From NCBI GenBank assembly GCA_048937405.1, contig JBHLNF010000002.1, forward strand, positions 128,001 to 192,000: a stretch of 64,000 nt of DNA. Reading direction: 5' to 3'. The notes beneath the pieces are model-generated. The model did not search any database and was not told the origin of the DNA. It saw nothing but the letters and a program-made list of their open reading frames with translations. The position numbers were made by a program, and so were the translations under genes. Below are positions 1-9,600 of the stretch, piece by piece. Numbering within the stretch: position 1 is the stretch's first letter; each line of letters opens with the position of its first letter. This DNA is from Promethearchaeota archaeon. Lineage in GTDB: Archaea > Asgardarchaeota > Lokiarchaeia > Sigyniarchaeales > SOKP01.

Positions 1-70
1 AATAAAAATTAAATTAAGTAAAGTGATATAAATTTCCTTCGATGAATTAAGCAAAAAATTAGCTAAATTT

Positions 71-1225
71 ATGAAAGATACTGAGGAAATTGAACTTCAA
101 GATGTTGATTTAATAGCTGAATATCTTGAATTTCAAATGCTTCCAAGTATTGTACAAGCGGCTGCTCAAGCAGTTTTACCGGGTGTCCCAGGAAAAGCTG
201 AATGGACACCTGCTAAGTTCTCGCTTGACTTAAATTTCCCGGGAAAAATTGAGACTATTGAATTTGTTCGGTCAAATGGTAAAAAAGCCATAATTGGTGG
301 AGAAATTGTTCCTCCTTTTTATAACTTTTTAGGACTTGAAAAAAGAAATCCTAATCCTCCACTTGTTACCTATGATGTTTTCGACATGGGCTCAAAGATG
401 ATGCTCCCAAAACCTATTAAACAAGAATATGGAGAAGTATTAGCCCACCCTGCTGAATGGGCTAAATTCGCTGTCGATAAATTTGGTGCTGAATGTATAA
501 CTTTTCACTCACTAGAAATCGATCCTGCTATGGGAGATGCTCCTATTTCGCAATCAGTTAAATTTTTAGAAGACATCCTTCAAACCGTTGATGTACCTGT
601 AATTATTGGATGTTCTGGTAATAAAGAAAAGGATAAGCAACTCTTTGAAGCAACTGCCCCTATTACTGAAAGTGAGGTCTTGATGCTTTCTGCAGCAGAT
701 AAAGCTACTTGGGAAGATGTTATTCCCCTTGCGGTGAAATATGACCATAATTGCTTACTCTGGACAAGTTTGGATTTGAATAATCAGATTAAAATGAATA
801 AAGATGCTCTAGAGCTTGGACTCCCCCGTAATAGGATTGTAATGGACCCAACATGTGCAACTTTAGGTTATGGGATGGAGTATTCATTCAGTATCTATCA
901 GAGAATGCGTGTAGCTGGATTATTGGGTGAAACAGATTTAGCGTATCCCATTAGTGGGGGAACCACAAATGCATGGGGTGCTAGAGAAGCCTGGATGAGT
1001 GAAGAGAAAGCTCCTGAATGGGGTTTACGTCAATATCGAGGTCCAATCTGGGAAATAATAAATGCCCTTAGTCTGAGTCTTGTAGGACTAGATTTGGCTA
1101 TGATGTTCCATCCAGTAGCGGCAAAACATGTAAAAGAAATCACATCTCAGTTTTTCGCTGATGTTCCTAAAGTTTTAGAGGATAAAGGCTATTACGATTG
1201 GGTTTCAGCAAATTTGAAAAGATAA
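71..1225 (+). CDS. cdhD: Acetyl-CoA decarbonylase/synthase complex delta subunit (corrinoid Fe-S protein small subunit)
   Basis: Motifs IGGE..PPFY, PAEWAK, VDVPVIIGCSG, IVMDPT..LGYGMEY, NAWGAREAW typical of CdhD/AcsD; frame is open upstream to position 32. Confidence 0.93.
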   Translation: MKDTEEIELQDVDLIAEYLEFQMLPSIVQAAAQAVLPGVPGKAEWTPAKFSLDLNFPGKIETIEFVRSNGKKAIIGGEIVPPFYNFLGLEKRNPNPPLVTYDVFDMGSKMMLPKPIKQEYGEVLAHPAEWAKFAVDKFGAECITFHSLEIDPAMGDAPISQSVKFLEDILQTVDVPVIIGCSGNKEKDKQLFEATAPITESEVLMLSAADKATWEDVIPLAVKYDHNCLLWTSLDLNNQIKMNKDALELGLPRNRIVMDPTCATLGYGMEYSFSIYQRMRVAGLLGETDLAYPISGGTTNAWGAREAWMSEEKAPEWGLRQYRGPIWEIINALSLSLVGLDLAMMFHPVAAKHVKEITSQFFADVPKVLEDKGYYDWVSANLKR

Positions 1226-1354
1226 TTTTCATTTTTTTTTTTCTCTTAATTTTTAGCAAAACGAATTCATAAATTAATTAGTATACTTATTGAAATTTGC
1301 TAATAAAAAAACAAATTTCTTATATTCTAATAATTAATTTATTTTATATCTCAA

Positions 1355-1558
1355 TTAGGGAGGCTTTTCATCTGGAAGAGCTTCTGTAGCTGGTTTGCCT
1401 TCAATACCCCAATGAGTTTTTGGAATTTCATGGACAATAACTTCTACTGCTCGTGCGGGAATGCCCATATCGACAAACACATTAGTTATTCCAGCAATTA
1501 TCTGCTTAACACTCTCTTCAGAAATTCCTTTCCACATATTTACATGAACTACTGGCAC
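1355..1558 (-). CDS. 4-oxalocrotonate tautomerase family protein
   Basis: 67 aa, Pro after Met (MPVVHVNMWKG), VEVIVHEIPKTHWGIEG signature. Confidence 0.9.
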   Translation of the reverse strand: MPVVHVNMWKGISEESVKQIIAGITNVFVDMGIPARAVEVIVHEIPKTHWGIEGKPATEALPDEKPP

Positions 1559-1685
1559 ATTATAACACCTTTATATATATATTATATTAATTAAAAAAAA
1601 AATAAATAATTAATTCTCTATAATTGAATGCTTTTTTCAAACTTTCAAATTATAAAATGTGTTAACAAAACAGAGCTAATTACAT

Positions 1686-3080
1686 ATGGTAAATTTCAAT
1701 GAAATCTTTTATACCGATTCAATTGCTGTTGTTGGAGCTTCTAAGAATCCTACGAAAGCAGCTCATCAGATAATTAAAACTCTACTTAAAGAGAATTATC
1801 AGGGAACTGTTTTTCCAGTGAATCCTAATGAAAAAGAAATTTTAGGCTTAAAATGTTATCATTCAATTTTAGAAATAGAATCAAAACTCGACTTATTAGT
1901 AATTGGAGTACCAGCTAAGAAGGTATATGATACTATTAAAGAAGCAGCTATTCGAAAAGATATTAAAGCTGCAGTAATTATATCAGCAGGATTTAGTGAA
2001 ACAGCAATACCAGAATTAATAAAATTAGAAAAAAATATCTTAAAAACTGCAAGAAAAGCAGGAATAAGAATATTTGGCCCTAATTGTATTGGGATAATCA
2101 ATTCGGATAATAATCTTAGTACTAGTTTTGCCCCTATTTCAAAAATTGTAAATGGAAATCTTGCTTTTATTACCCAAAGTGGATCTTTTGGAGGTTCTCT
2201 TTTAATGGCTGCTCATGATTCACCAAAACCTTTAGGATTTAATAAATGGGCACATTTAGGAAATATGTCGGATATCACAAATGTAGAAATATTGGATTAT
2301 TTTGGTAATGATCCCAAAATTGCTTCGATAGGAATGTACTTAGAAGGAGTATCCCATGGTAAACAACTTATAAGGGTAGCTAAAAAGATCACTAAAAAAA
2401 AGCCTATTTTTTTGTTGAAAGTAGGAAAAACCAAATTAAGTTCCAGAGCTACTTTCTCTCATACTGGTATTATTGCAGGTTCAGATAAAATTTATGATGC
2501 TGTATTCAAACAATCTGGAATTATTAGAGTAGAAACGATGGAAGAATTAATTGATTCTCTTAAGGCATCTTCAATGCTCTTAAAACCTAAAGGAAAAAGA
2601 ATTTGTATATTAACGGAGGCAGGAGGACCAGGAATTATTTCTGTTGACGAAATTACGAAAGATAATTATTTACAATTGGCACCAATTACAGATTATACAA
2701 AAGCAAACTTAAAAAAGATCTTGCCTCAAATGGCAACAATATGTAAACCAGATGGTTATATAGATATCACAGCAGCAGCATTAGAAAAAGAACATGCTGA
2801 ATCATTAAGATTTGTATTGGAAGATCCTAATGTTGATTGTGTAATTTTAATCTCTTTGCCTCCAACTTTTCTTCCTGCCATAAATGTTGCAAAAAGTATT
2901 GCTAAAGTCATCAATAAGTATCATAAACCTGTAGCAGTTTGTTTTATGAAGGGTGAATCCATGATAGAATCTCGAAAATTCTTAGAAAATGAAAATATTC
3001 CTACATTTGATACACCTGAAAGAGCAGCTAGAGCATTAATTAATTTAACGAAAGCTTCAAGATATATTCAAAACGAATAG
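1686..3080 (+). CDS. ADP-forming acyl-CoA synthetase (acetate-CoA ligase) alpha subunit
   Basis: SIAVVGAS, PVNP, GPNCIG, ITQSG, LGN, YLEG, phospho-His SHTG, GGPG motifs. Confidence 0.9.
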   Translation: MVNFNEIFYTDSIAVVGASKNPTKAAHQIIKTLLKENYQGTVFPVNPNEKEILGLKCYHSILEIESKLDLLVIGVPAKKVYDTIKEAAIRKDIKAAVIISAGFSETAIPELIKLEKNILKTARKAGIRIFGPNCIGIINSDNNLSTSFAPISKIVNGNLAFITQSGSFGGSLLMAAHDSPKPLGFNKWAHLGNMSDITNVEILDYFGNDPKIASIGMYLEGVSHGKQLIRVAKKITKKKPIFLLKVGKTKLSSRATFSHTGIIAGSDKIYDAVFKQSGIIRVETMEELIDSLKASSMLLKPKGKRICILTEAGGPGIISVDEITKDNYLQLAPITDYTKANLKKILPQMATICKPDGYIDITAAALEKEHAESLRFVLEDPNVDCVILISLPPTFLPAINVAKSIAKVINKYHKPVAVCFMKGESMIESRKFLENENIPTFDTPERAARALINLTKASRYIQNE

Positions 3081-3183
3081 TAAAATTCCCAAATTACCAA
3101 TTTTTAGATGTAAATATACGTTTTTGCTCTTCTTAAGGTTTAATTTTTAATGTGGTTCTTTTCTTTTATATATTTGATTGAAT

Positions 3184-3912
3184 CTAATTACTGAATTTTT
3201 GATTAAATTTGTTATAATAAACAAAATCTTCTATTTCTCTACGTACTCTCAAATATTTGCTGGAAGTAGATAAAGCATAATATAATCTGACACCAAAAGC
3301 AATTTTTAACTGATTGGGAATGTTAAGAAGCGTTTTTATCTCTTTTTCCACAACATCCATATTGAGAGAACTTATTATATGAAAAGCAATTCCTATGGAA
3401 TGAGCCATTAACCACATGTTCTCTATAACACACCCCAAACCTATTATACCTAAAAAATCTCCAGGTGATGCAGGTGCTCTCTTAAGTGGATTATATATTA
3501 TAATGAGAAGGATTGAGGTCGATTGTATAGATCTACCCATGAATGAAGCTAATTCAGTACGAGTAGAATTATCAAGTTTCAAATCAGGATTTCTTAAAAC
3601 AGGAGGAAAACGTGTTCCCAAAATTCCAACTTTTTTTTTTAGAAATTCTTCTTTTGAAAAAGATGCTAATTGATAATTTTCTTTGATAAAATCATCAGAT
3701 ATTGTATATTTAAGATTCGAAATAACTTCTAAGATCTGTTTATCATCAATTACTATTATTTCAAAATTCTGCATATTATGGGGAGTAGGAGCCCAACGAG
3801 CAGCTTCCAAAATATTATTTAAACTTTCTTTTGATATAGGACGACTTTGATCGAAATTAGTTCTCGTTGATTTCCTACTTTTAATCAACTCTAACATTTC
3901 TTTAGAATTCAT
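3184..3912 (-). CDS. Nitroreductase family protein
   Basis: IKSRKSTR, ILEAARWAPTPHNMQ, ENMWLMAHSIG. Confidence 0.9.
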   Translation of the reverse strand: MNSKEMLELIKSRKSTRTNFDQSRPISKESLNNILEAARWAPTPHNMQNFEIIVIDDKQILEVISNLKYTISDDFIKENYQLASFSKEEFLKKKVGILGTRFPPVLRNPDLKLDNSTRTELASFMGRSIQSTSILLIIIYNPLKRAPASPGDFLGIIGLGCVIENMWLMAHSIGIAFHIISSLNMDVVEKEIKTLLNIPNQLKIAFGVRLYYALSTSSKYLRVRREIEDFVYYNKFNQKFSN

Positions 3913-4009
3913 AAAAAATAAAACACTGTATATTATTTTTAATATTCAATTTTCTTTTATAATAACATTTAAACGATATTAAAATCTTCTTTTTTCTAAG
4001 ATTTTTAAT

Positions 4010-4330
4010 TTATAGGCATTTCCAAGAATCTACAAGTAATTGATATTCAAAATATTCATCATATATTTTAGATCTTGGATTTTTTCTTTTTCCCTCCACT
4101 TTAATCAATTTCCCTACTATTTCAATTTTTTCGGTACAGGACAGGGAATCCTTGCTGTATATTACAATTTGGTATCCATCGTCTAGATTAAAGTAGTTAA
4201 TAAATGGATGAGATTCTATTAATTTTGTAAGGTGTTGCCATATTTCCTTAGCAATTTTGCCAATAATCTTAACTCGTTTTCCCACACTCTCTTTAAAATC
4301 CGAATATTTTGTTAAAATAATCATTATCAT
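4010..4330 (-). CDS. Hypothetical protein, possible OB fold (start probably near 4330, not the TTG at 4369)
   Basis: VGKRVKIIGKI...IEIVGKL beta pattern; region upstream of 4330 is low-complexity A/T. Confidence 0.55.
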   Translation of the reverse strand: MIMIILTKYSDFKESVGKRVKIIGKIAKEIWQHLTKLIESHPFINYFNLDDGYQIVIYSKDSLSCTEKIEIVGKLIKVEGKRKNPRSKIYDEYFEYQLLVDSWKCL

Positions 4331-4641
4331 TTTTTTAAATAAATTTTTTTTATAATTTCTACTGTGCAAGACCAGTATAAAAACTTTCTTCTATAAGAAA
4401 ATGAGTATTTTATTATTTTAATTATTTTCTAAGTATTGTAGGATGCAAGTATGGTCTATTATATTTGTTGCACCATGATAGAATGATAATAGTTTAAAAT
4501 ATGCATATTTTATTTTGTCATAGAATAAGAGAAGGAATCCCTAAAGTATGTTTTATTAAGGTTTTTATTTTTAAATTTCTCAGATCATAAAATATGAGAA
4601 GAAGGTCTCTACTCCTCAAATTTAAAAATCATTCCTACTTG

Positions 4642-4926
4642 CTATATAAAAATTCTTCCAAAATCTTGAGTTTGTCCATTATTTTCTTCAGAACTTTCTT
4701 CTATATATAATTCTCCTTTCTTAGTAGATTCTTCAATTTCTATTATTTTTCCAACTTTCTCAAATATAAAATCAAATTTCTTCCAAAGATCTTTAAAAGT
4801 TCCTAATAAATCAATTAGAATCATTTTAGCGTCCTCTAAAGTAAACTCTTTGCTTAAAAGGATAGATCGAATGTTCTTTTCTATTCCTTCAATAACTTCT
4901 TTAATCTCCGCACTCATTAGAACCAT
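4642..4926 (-). CDS. Provirus hypothetical protein (helical)
   Basis: Last ORF of the co-oriented late operon; tight spacing. Confidence 0.55.
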   Translation of the reverse strand: MVLMSAEIKEVIEGIEKNIRSILLSKEFTLEDAKMILIDLLGTFKDLWKKFDFIFEKVGKIIEIEESTKKGELYIEESSEENNGQTQDFGRIFI

Positions 4927-4946
4927 CTTCAGTTTCTCTTCGAATA

Positions 4947-5129
4947 CTATACAAAAATTTCAAATTGTTCAAAAGACTTAATTTTACCAATAGTAATTTC
5001 ACTTTTTATTTCTGTCGATTCATAAACATCAATTCTTTGTTTTGAATTATCTGCTGTGATGTATATATAAGGACCAAATGATTTTATTAAACTATCTTCG
5101 TTATTAGATTTATAAATATTTTTTTCCAT
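4947..5129 (-). CDS. Provirus hypothetical protein
   Basis: Co-oriented, 17-20 bp gaps to neighbours. Confidence 0.5.
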   Translation of the reverse strand: MEKNIYKSNNEDSLIKSFGPYIYITADNSKQRIDVYESTEIKSEITIGKIKSFEQFEIFV

Positions 5130-5146
5130 AATTTCATCTCTTTAAA

Positions 5147-5272
5147 TTAATCTTTTATTACTCTAATAATATTAACCCAATTAAATATTTCAATTACACA
5201 GATAATAGATATGATTAATGCTGCTATTGAAAACAAACTAAACAATATGGTAAAAAACTTTATCTTATTCAC
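5147..5272 (-). CDS. 41-aa single-TM membrane protein, holin-like candidate (not in ORF track)
   Basis: GTG start after SD-like GAGGTGA; MNKIKFFTILFSLFSIAALIISIICVIEIFNWVNIIRVIKD; fills the gap after the tail gene. Confidence 0.65.
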   Translation of the reverse strand: MNKIKFFTILFSLFSIAALIISIICVIEIFNWVNIIRVIKD

Positions 5273-5289
5273 TCTTTATCACCTCTTCA

Positions 5290-8200
5290 TTATAAACTTT
5301 TCTTAACATAATATTCTACTTGAATACCAACCAAATAAATATCATTCGCCCCATCATCATTAACCCATCCTACTAAATAAGAAGCATCGGTCAATATATC
5401 TGCAGCAACCCATGTATAAGATGCATCAATATAGGTATCGGCAACTGCAAATGTAATATCCATATTTAGTCCAGCTTCAATGTTATTTGCAGGGGTAGTG
5501 CCATCACATTTATATTCGACTAATGAAAATTGTCCATCAATGGTAAGGTCATCTCCTTCACTAAAAATAAGCGTTATGGTAATGTTCTTTGAACTATCTA
5601 CAGTATTAGAAATATAAAAGTTTCCCCATGCTGATTGAGTTGGCTCTAAATACCATCCTTTTGTAGATATAGTCCCCGTATTGGAATATAAAGGAACATT
5701 AACAACCACTAAATCTGTTAAAGGGTCTACAATATAATTAGACCCATCCGAATTATCTGAAATATCTGTATTATTACCATTAAATACATTAGTAACACAC
5801 ATGTTATATTGGGCATCCGCATTTAATTCAAGTCCAATGTCATTCGATAATAACTGATTTCCAATAATAGTATTATAGTCACCGTCATCAATCCTTATGC
5901 CCTCAGATGTATTTGAATAACATTTGTTTGAAGTTACAAAATTAAAATCTGAATCTGCAGCAATTAAAATTCCAATCCCATTATCATCCAATCTATTATC
6001 TGAAACGGTATTATAACATGCATCATAAAGATATATCCCCGTTGTAGCGTTATCATGACAATCATTATCAAAAATAGAATGGTTATCATGTGCAGAAATT
6101 ATGCCGCTATGCCCATTATGATGTAGATGATTCTCATAAACCTTACATTTACCGCCTTGAGGATAAACCCCAATATATAGATAGGATATTTCACAGTTTC
6201 TTACAATACAATCAGAAAGTCCTATAATACCATAGCCTTTTTTATCAGCATCTCCAGTTATTGTGAGATTCTCGCAAATGACTAAATTATCATTCGCTTC
6301 ATTAATATCTATTATTATTTTTGCTTGAGTTGAAACATCTGAAGCATCAATAGAAAAATTCATTAATATACAAGATGCAGCATTATCAATATCAAATGCA
6401 CTTCTATCACCCGCACAGTCTATTGTCGCACCAATACCATCGATAATTATATTAACATTAGCATTATCTATTGTTAAAGTTGCAGTTAAAGTATGAGTTC
6501 CAGGTAAGAGTTTTATTACACCTCTTCCTATACTTTCTACTTCATCAATAGCAACTTGAATATCATCACCAGGATTCACAGCAATTACATTATCTCCCAT
6601 TGAATTCTTTAGGGTATCCCACATAGAAGTTGTATTATTCCAAACAATCCAATCCCCTAATTCATACCATCGTGCGGGTGTATTATCTGCTCCGCCTGGT
6701 GCTGCTTTATATCCGTCATCATCACATATATAAAAATCCCCATTCTCAGGTGCTGCGGGATACGCATCACCCGGTGTATATGTTCCCTTATAAACTACGG
6801 CTTCTGCTAATGTTACAACAACATCTCGAACTGCATTTTTACTTGGTGCAATTGTAGTGACACCATTCCAGTTATCAGCATCATAGACAGCATCACTAAC
6901 TTTCGCATCTGCATAAGCCTTAATTGATTGTTGAGTTGCTAATTTGGTTGCACTATTAGAGCCCATATTATCTTCATCTAAACAATCAGATATATTTGGA
7001 GTTGATGGAAAATCAATATTATGTTCATTAAGGTCTAAATCGCCCCCTAACTGTGGCGTCACATCTTCCACTAAATTCTCAAATACTTCATGGTGAGCAT
7101 TATCATCTGCAGTATGAGTTGCAATTAGCGCATCAATCGCAGCATCAATCGCTTCACCATCTACAATCTCGGCATCTATGATGTCTCTTACACCTGTTCC
7201 AAACCCAACAATATCACCATAGGTTATAATGGCGCCTGCTGCCCAAGGTGTAGAGACCAACCTATCAGAAAGATTTTTCCTGGCAACACTATTCACTCTT
7301 CTAATTGCCATACCAAGCTTCTCATCCCATTCTGTTTCTCCTAATCCAGCATGAATAATTGTCTGAATACCATCAATACCACGTGGTTTTCTTTCAATCA
7401 TCCGAATTGGATATGTTGCTTTCGCTATGGTTGGTCGTGCAAAAGTAATATCGACAGTTGTACCTAATTGGATTGCGGTCCGCGTACCATTCAGCGACAA
7501 GCGCATTGAGGGTCTTTTATCTTTATAATAGTCTAACTGAGTGTTGGCAACCTCTTGAGCATCAGATTTAGTCATAATAGTATTATCAATTATAATTTTG
7601 GTAATGTTTCCCGAAACTGTGAAGTCTTCAGCTGGTGAAAAAATATTATAGGCTGCATTTCCCCATACTTCTACTCTTTTAACTTGATTGCATGCGTCCT
7701 CTAAATCCCAGTCCCAATCAGCATCACTTACCGTAAGGTCTACACCAGAATCTACAAAATCATCAGGCTTGACAATTTTAATTCGCCTCGTTGCATGGTC
7801 TTCGCACCAAATTGCACCCTCAACCTGACATACAGAGGTAAGTGCGGATATACAATATAAACCCTTAAAATGTCGTGCGATATACTTAGAAAGGGTACTT
7901 ACAATATTGAGAGGCACACCTGCTTGACTTGCAATATCTGAAAGAATGGTATTAGTATTTTGTCCAATTTTAAAAGAATCATTTACAGCTACACCTGTAT
8001 TGGTCCAGGTAACACCTGCACAGGTAAGAGAATTAGCAGCAGAATCGGTTATAGATTCCATAATAGGTGATATATTCAGAGTATTATGATAAACGGTAAC
8101 CTTGATATAATCACATTCCATATCGATTTCAGCATAACCACCCATTGTAATATATTGACCTCTTGTATAGATACGCAATCCTTTTAATTCTGTGAAATTA

Positions 8201-9117
8201 CCTCCTGCAGTATTGAAATACTTAGCCATTTCCGTAGCACTTTCTTCAATAGTAATAAGAGGTGAATCTGTCCAAATCTTAGTAGGTCCTTTTCCCGAAT
8301 ACTCAAGAGTTTTTAAAGTGATCCAATCCGCATCTTTTTTTATTTGTAAATAACCTCTAAGATACCAAAAAGAATAGGGATCACAATCTGGAATATCAAA
8401 TCCATATTGATAATCAATTTCAATTTTTTGAATACTATGCGTGTCTGGAATTACTGTTCCATCAATCGTAAATGATGTAGAAGTCGCATATGTTTGATTA
8501 TTATCACCATCAACAGTAACAACTAATTCATCATCATCATCTTTGGTAATAGTGGAAGCAGCATTACCCGCAGAAGAGTCTTCCCCTGAAATATCCACAG
8601 CAGATGCATCCCATTCCTTAGAGATAGTACTCGTAGTATTATCCACTATGAGTAAGCCTTTATCTTGCTGTCCACTTACCCATTGGTCATCATCCCAATC
8701 AAAATCCTCATCTCCTCCCGCATCATATTCGTTGTTTTCATTCTCATCATAATAAACGTGCAATTCTGCATCTGCATCAACTTGTTGGACTTTTCCTTCA
8801 GCCAGGATATAATTACTATTAAATGATGCCCATTCTAATCTTACGCCAAATCCTACCAAATGAAGCATAAGATACTTAGCTGTAAAATTTTTTTTGGCTA
8901 AATAACCATCAAAAATAACATTTTCATCATCATCCTCAACTCTCATAGGACAGAAATCTCTTGAATACCATGTACTATATAAGGCTCCTTCAAAATCTCT
9001 TAGTTTAACATCACATAATCCATACATATTATTTCGGGTAGTAATAGTGGGATACTCTACAACATCCCCAACTTCTGTCCAAGAATCATCTTCATCAGCA
9101 TCATGATAAAGTTTCAT
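5290..9117 (-). CDS. Large tail protein: baseplate-hub-like N-terminal half, fibre motifs and right-handed beta-helix (tailspike-like)
   Basis: Hub-like VKRVEVWG...IDNTIMTKSDAQEVA...IQLGTTVDI; fibre-type TPQLGGDLDLN and ATQQSIKAY; DIQVAIDE...IKLLPGTH followed by N..S.N..GI parallel beta-helix repeats. Confidence 0.75.
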   Translation of the reverse strand: MKLYHDADEDDSWTEVGDVVEYPTITTRNNMYGLCDVKLRDFEGALYSTWYSRDFCPMRVEDDDENVIFDGYLAKKNFTAKYLMLHLVGFGVRLEWASFNSNYILAEGKVQQVDADAELHVYYDENENNEYDAGGDEDFDWDDDQWVSGQQDKGLLIVDNTTSTISKEWDASAVDISGEDSSAGNAASTITKDDDDELVVTVDGDNNQTYATSTSFTIDGTVIPDTHSIQKIEIDYQYGFDIPDCDPYSFWYLRGYLQIKKDADWITLKTLEYSGKGPTKIWTDSPLITIEESATEMAKYFNTAGGNFTELKGLRIYTRGQYITMGGYAEIDMECDYIKVTVYHNTLNISPIMESITDSAANSLTCAGVTWTNTGVAVNDSFKIGQNTNTILSDIASQAGVPLNIVSTLSKYIARHFKGLYCISALTSVCQVEGAIWCEDHATRRIKIVKPDDFVDSGVDLTVSDADWDWDLEDACNQVKRVEVWGNAAYNIFSPAEDFTVSGNITKIIIDNTIMTKSDAQEVANTQLDYYKDKRPSMRLSLNGTRTAIQLGTTVDITFARPTIAKATYPIRMIERKPRGIDGIQTIIHAGLGETEWDEKLGMAIRRVNSVARKNLSDRLVSTPWAAGAIITYGDIVGFGTGVRDIIDAEIVDGEAIDAAIDALIATHTADDNAHHEVFENLVEDVTPQLGGDLDLNEHNIDFPSTPNISDCLDEDNMGSNSATKLATQQSIKAYADAKVSDAVYDADNWNGVTTIAPSKNAVRDVVVTLAEAVVYKGTYTPGDAYPAAPENGDFYICDDDGYKAAPGGADNTPARWYELGDWIVWNNTTSMWDTLKNSMGDNVIAVNPGDDIQVAIDEVESIGRGVIKLLPGTHTLTATLTIDNANVNIIIDGIGATIDCAGDRSAFDIDNAASCILMNFSIDASDVSTQAKIIIDINEANDNLVICENLTITGDADKKGYGIIGLSDCIVRNCEISYLYIGVYPQGGKCKVYENHLHHNGHSGIISAHDNHSIFDNDCHDNATTGIYLYDACYNTVSDNRLDDNGIGILIAADSDFNFVTSNKCYSNTSEGIRIDDGDYNTIIGNQLLSNDIGLELNADAQYNMCVTNVFNGNNTDISDNSDGSNYIVDPLTDLVVVNVPLYSNTGTISTKGWYLEPTQSAWGNFYISNTVDSSKNITITLIFSEGDDLTIDGQFSLVEYKCDGTTPANNIEAGLNMDITFAVADTYIDASYTWVAADILTDASYLVGWVNDDGANDIYLVGIQVEYYVKKSL

Positions 9118-9121
9118 AAAA

Positions 9122-9592
9122 TCACCATAAAGATGGGATATAACTTATTATTGTTTGAATATTATGTAATCCTTCATTTGCACTTGCTAATTGTTGAGCT
9201 ATTTTTGATTGTTCTAATTGAGCTGCTATTAACGCTGTAGTTGCAATTCCAATATTTAAAAATCCTATAGCCGCTTGTATTTGCATCCCAGGTGTTACAG
9301 CTTCTGCTGTTAATATTGGTGTTAATAAAGAGATTGCAGAAATTCCTGCACTTATTAATGATGTAAAGAAGTAGCTTACAGAAGTTCCAGTAGCTCTTAC
9401 AAAAGCTGCTCCTGCTAAATAAGAAGACCTTGCCATACTTAAAACTTTCTGATAAGCATAAGTAGTTTTTTCCTCTACTTCTTGAACAGTTTTATTAGTA
9501 GCAGTTTCTACTTGCTGTCTTTTATTTTCTACTTCGTCTAATTTTTGTTTTGCTACAGTAGTATCTACATCAAGATTAACCTTCTCAGACAT
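9122..9592 (-). CDS. Putative minimal tape-measure / ejection protein
   Basis: Position between tail tube and hub; N-terminal coiled coil and Ala/Gly/Ile-rich hydrophobic helices. Confidence 0.45.
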   Translation of the reverse strand: MSEKVNLDVDTTVAKQKLDEVENKRQQVETATNKTVQEVEEKTTYAYQKVLSMARSSYLAGAAFVRATGTSVSYFFTSLISAGISAISLLTPILTAEAVTPGMQIQAAIGFLNIGIATTALIAAQLEQSKIAQQLASANEGLHNIQTIISYIPSLW

Positions 9593-9600
9593 AATATCAC

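Noticed and set aside
4530-4537. AGAAGGAA shared with 21160-21167 as att core
   Set aside because: Low-complexity purine 8-mer lying between the integrase TATA box and its ATG; no flanking dyad; not fully excluded
5290-9117. Diversity-generating retroelement target
   Set aside because: No reverse transcriptase or template/variable repeat pair seen in the window
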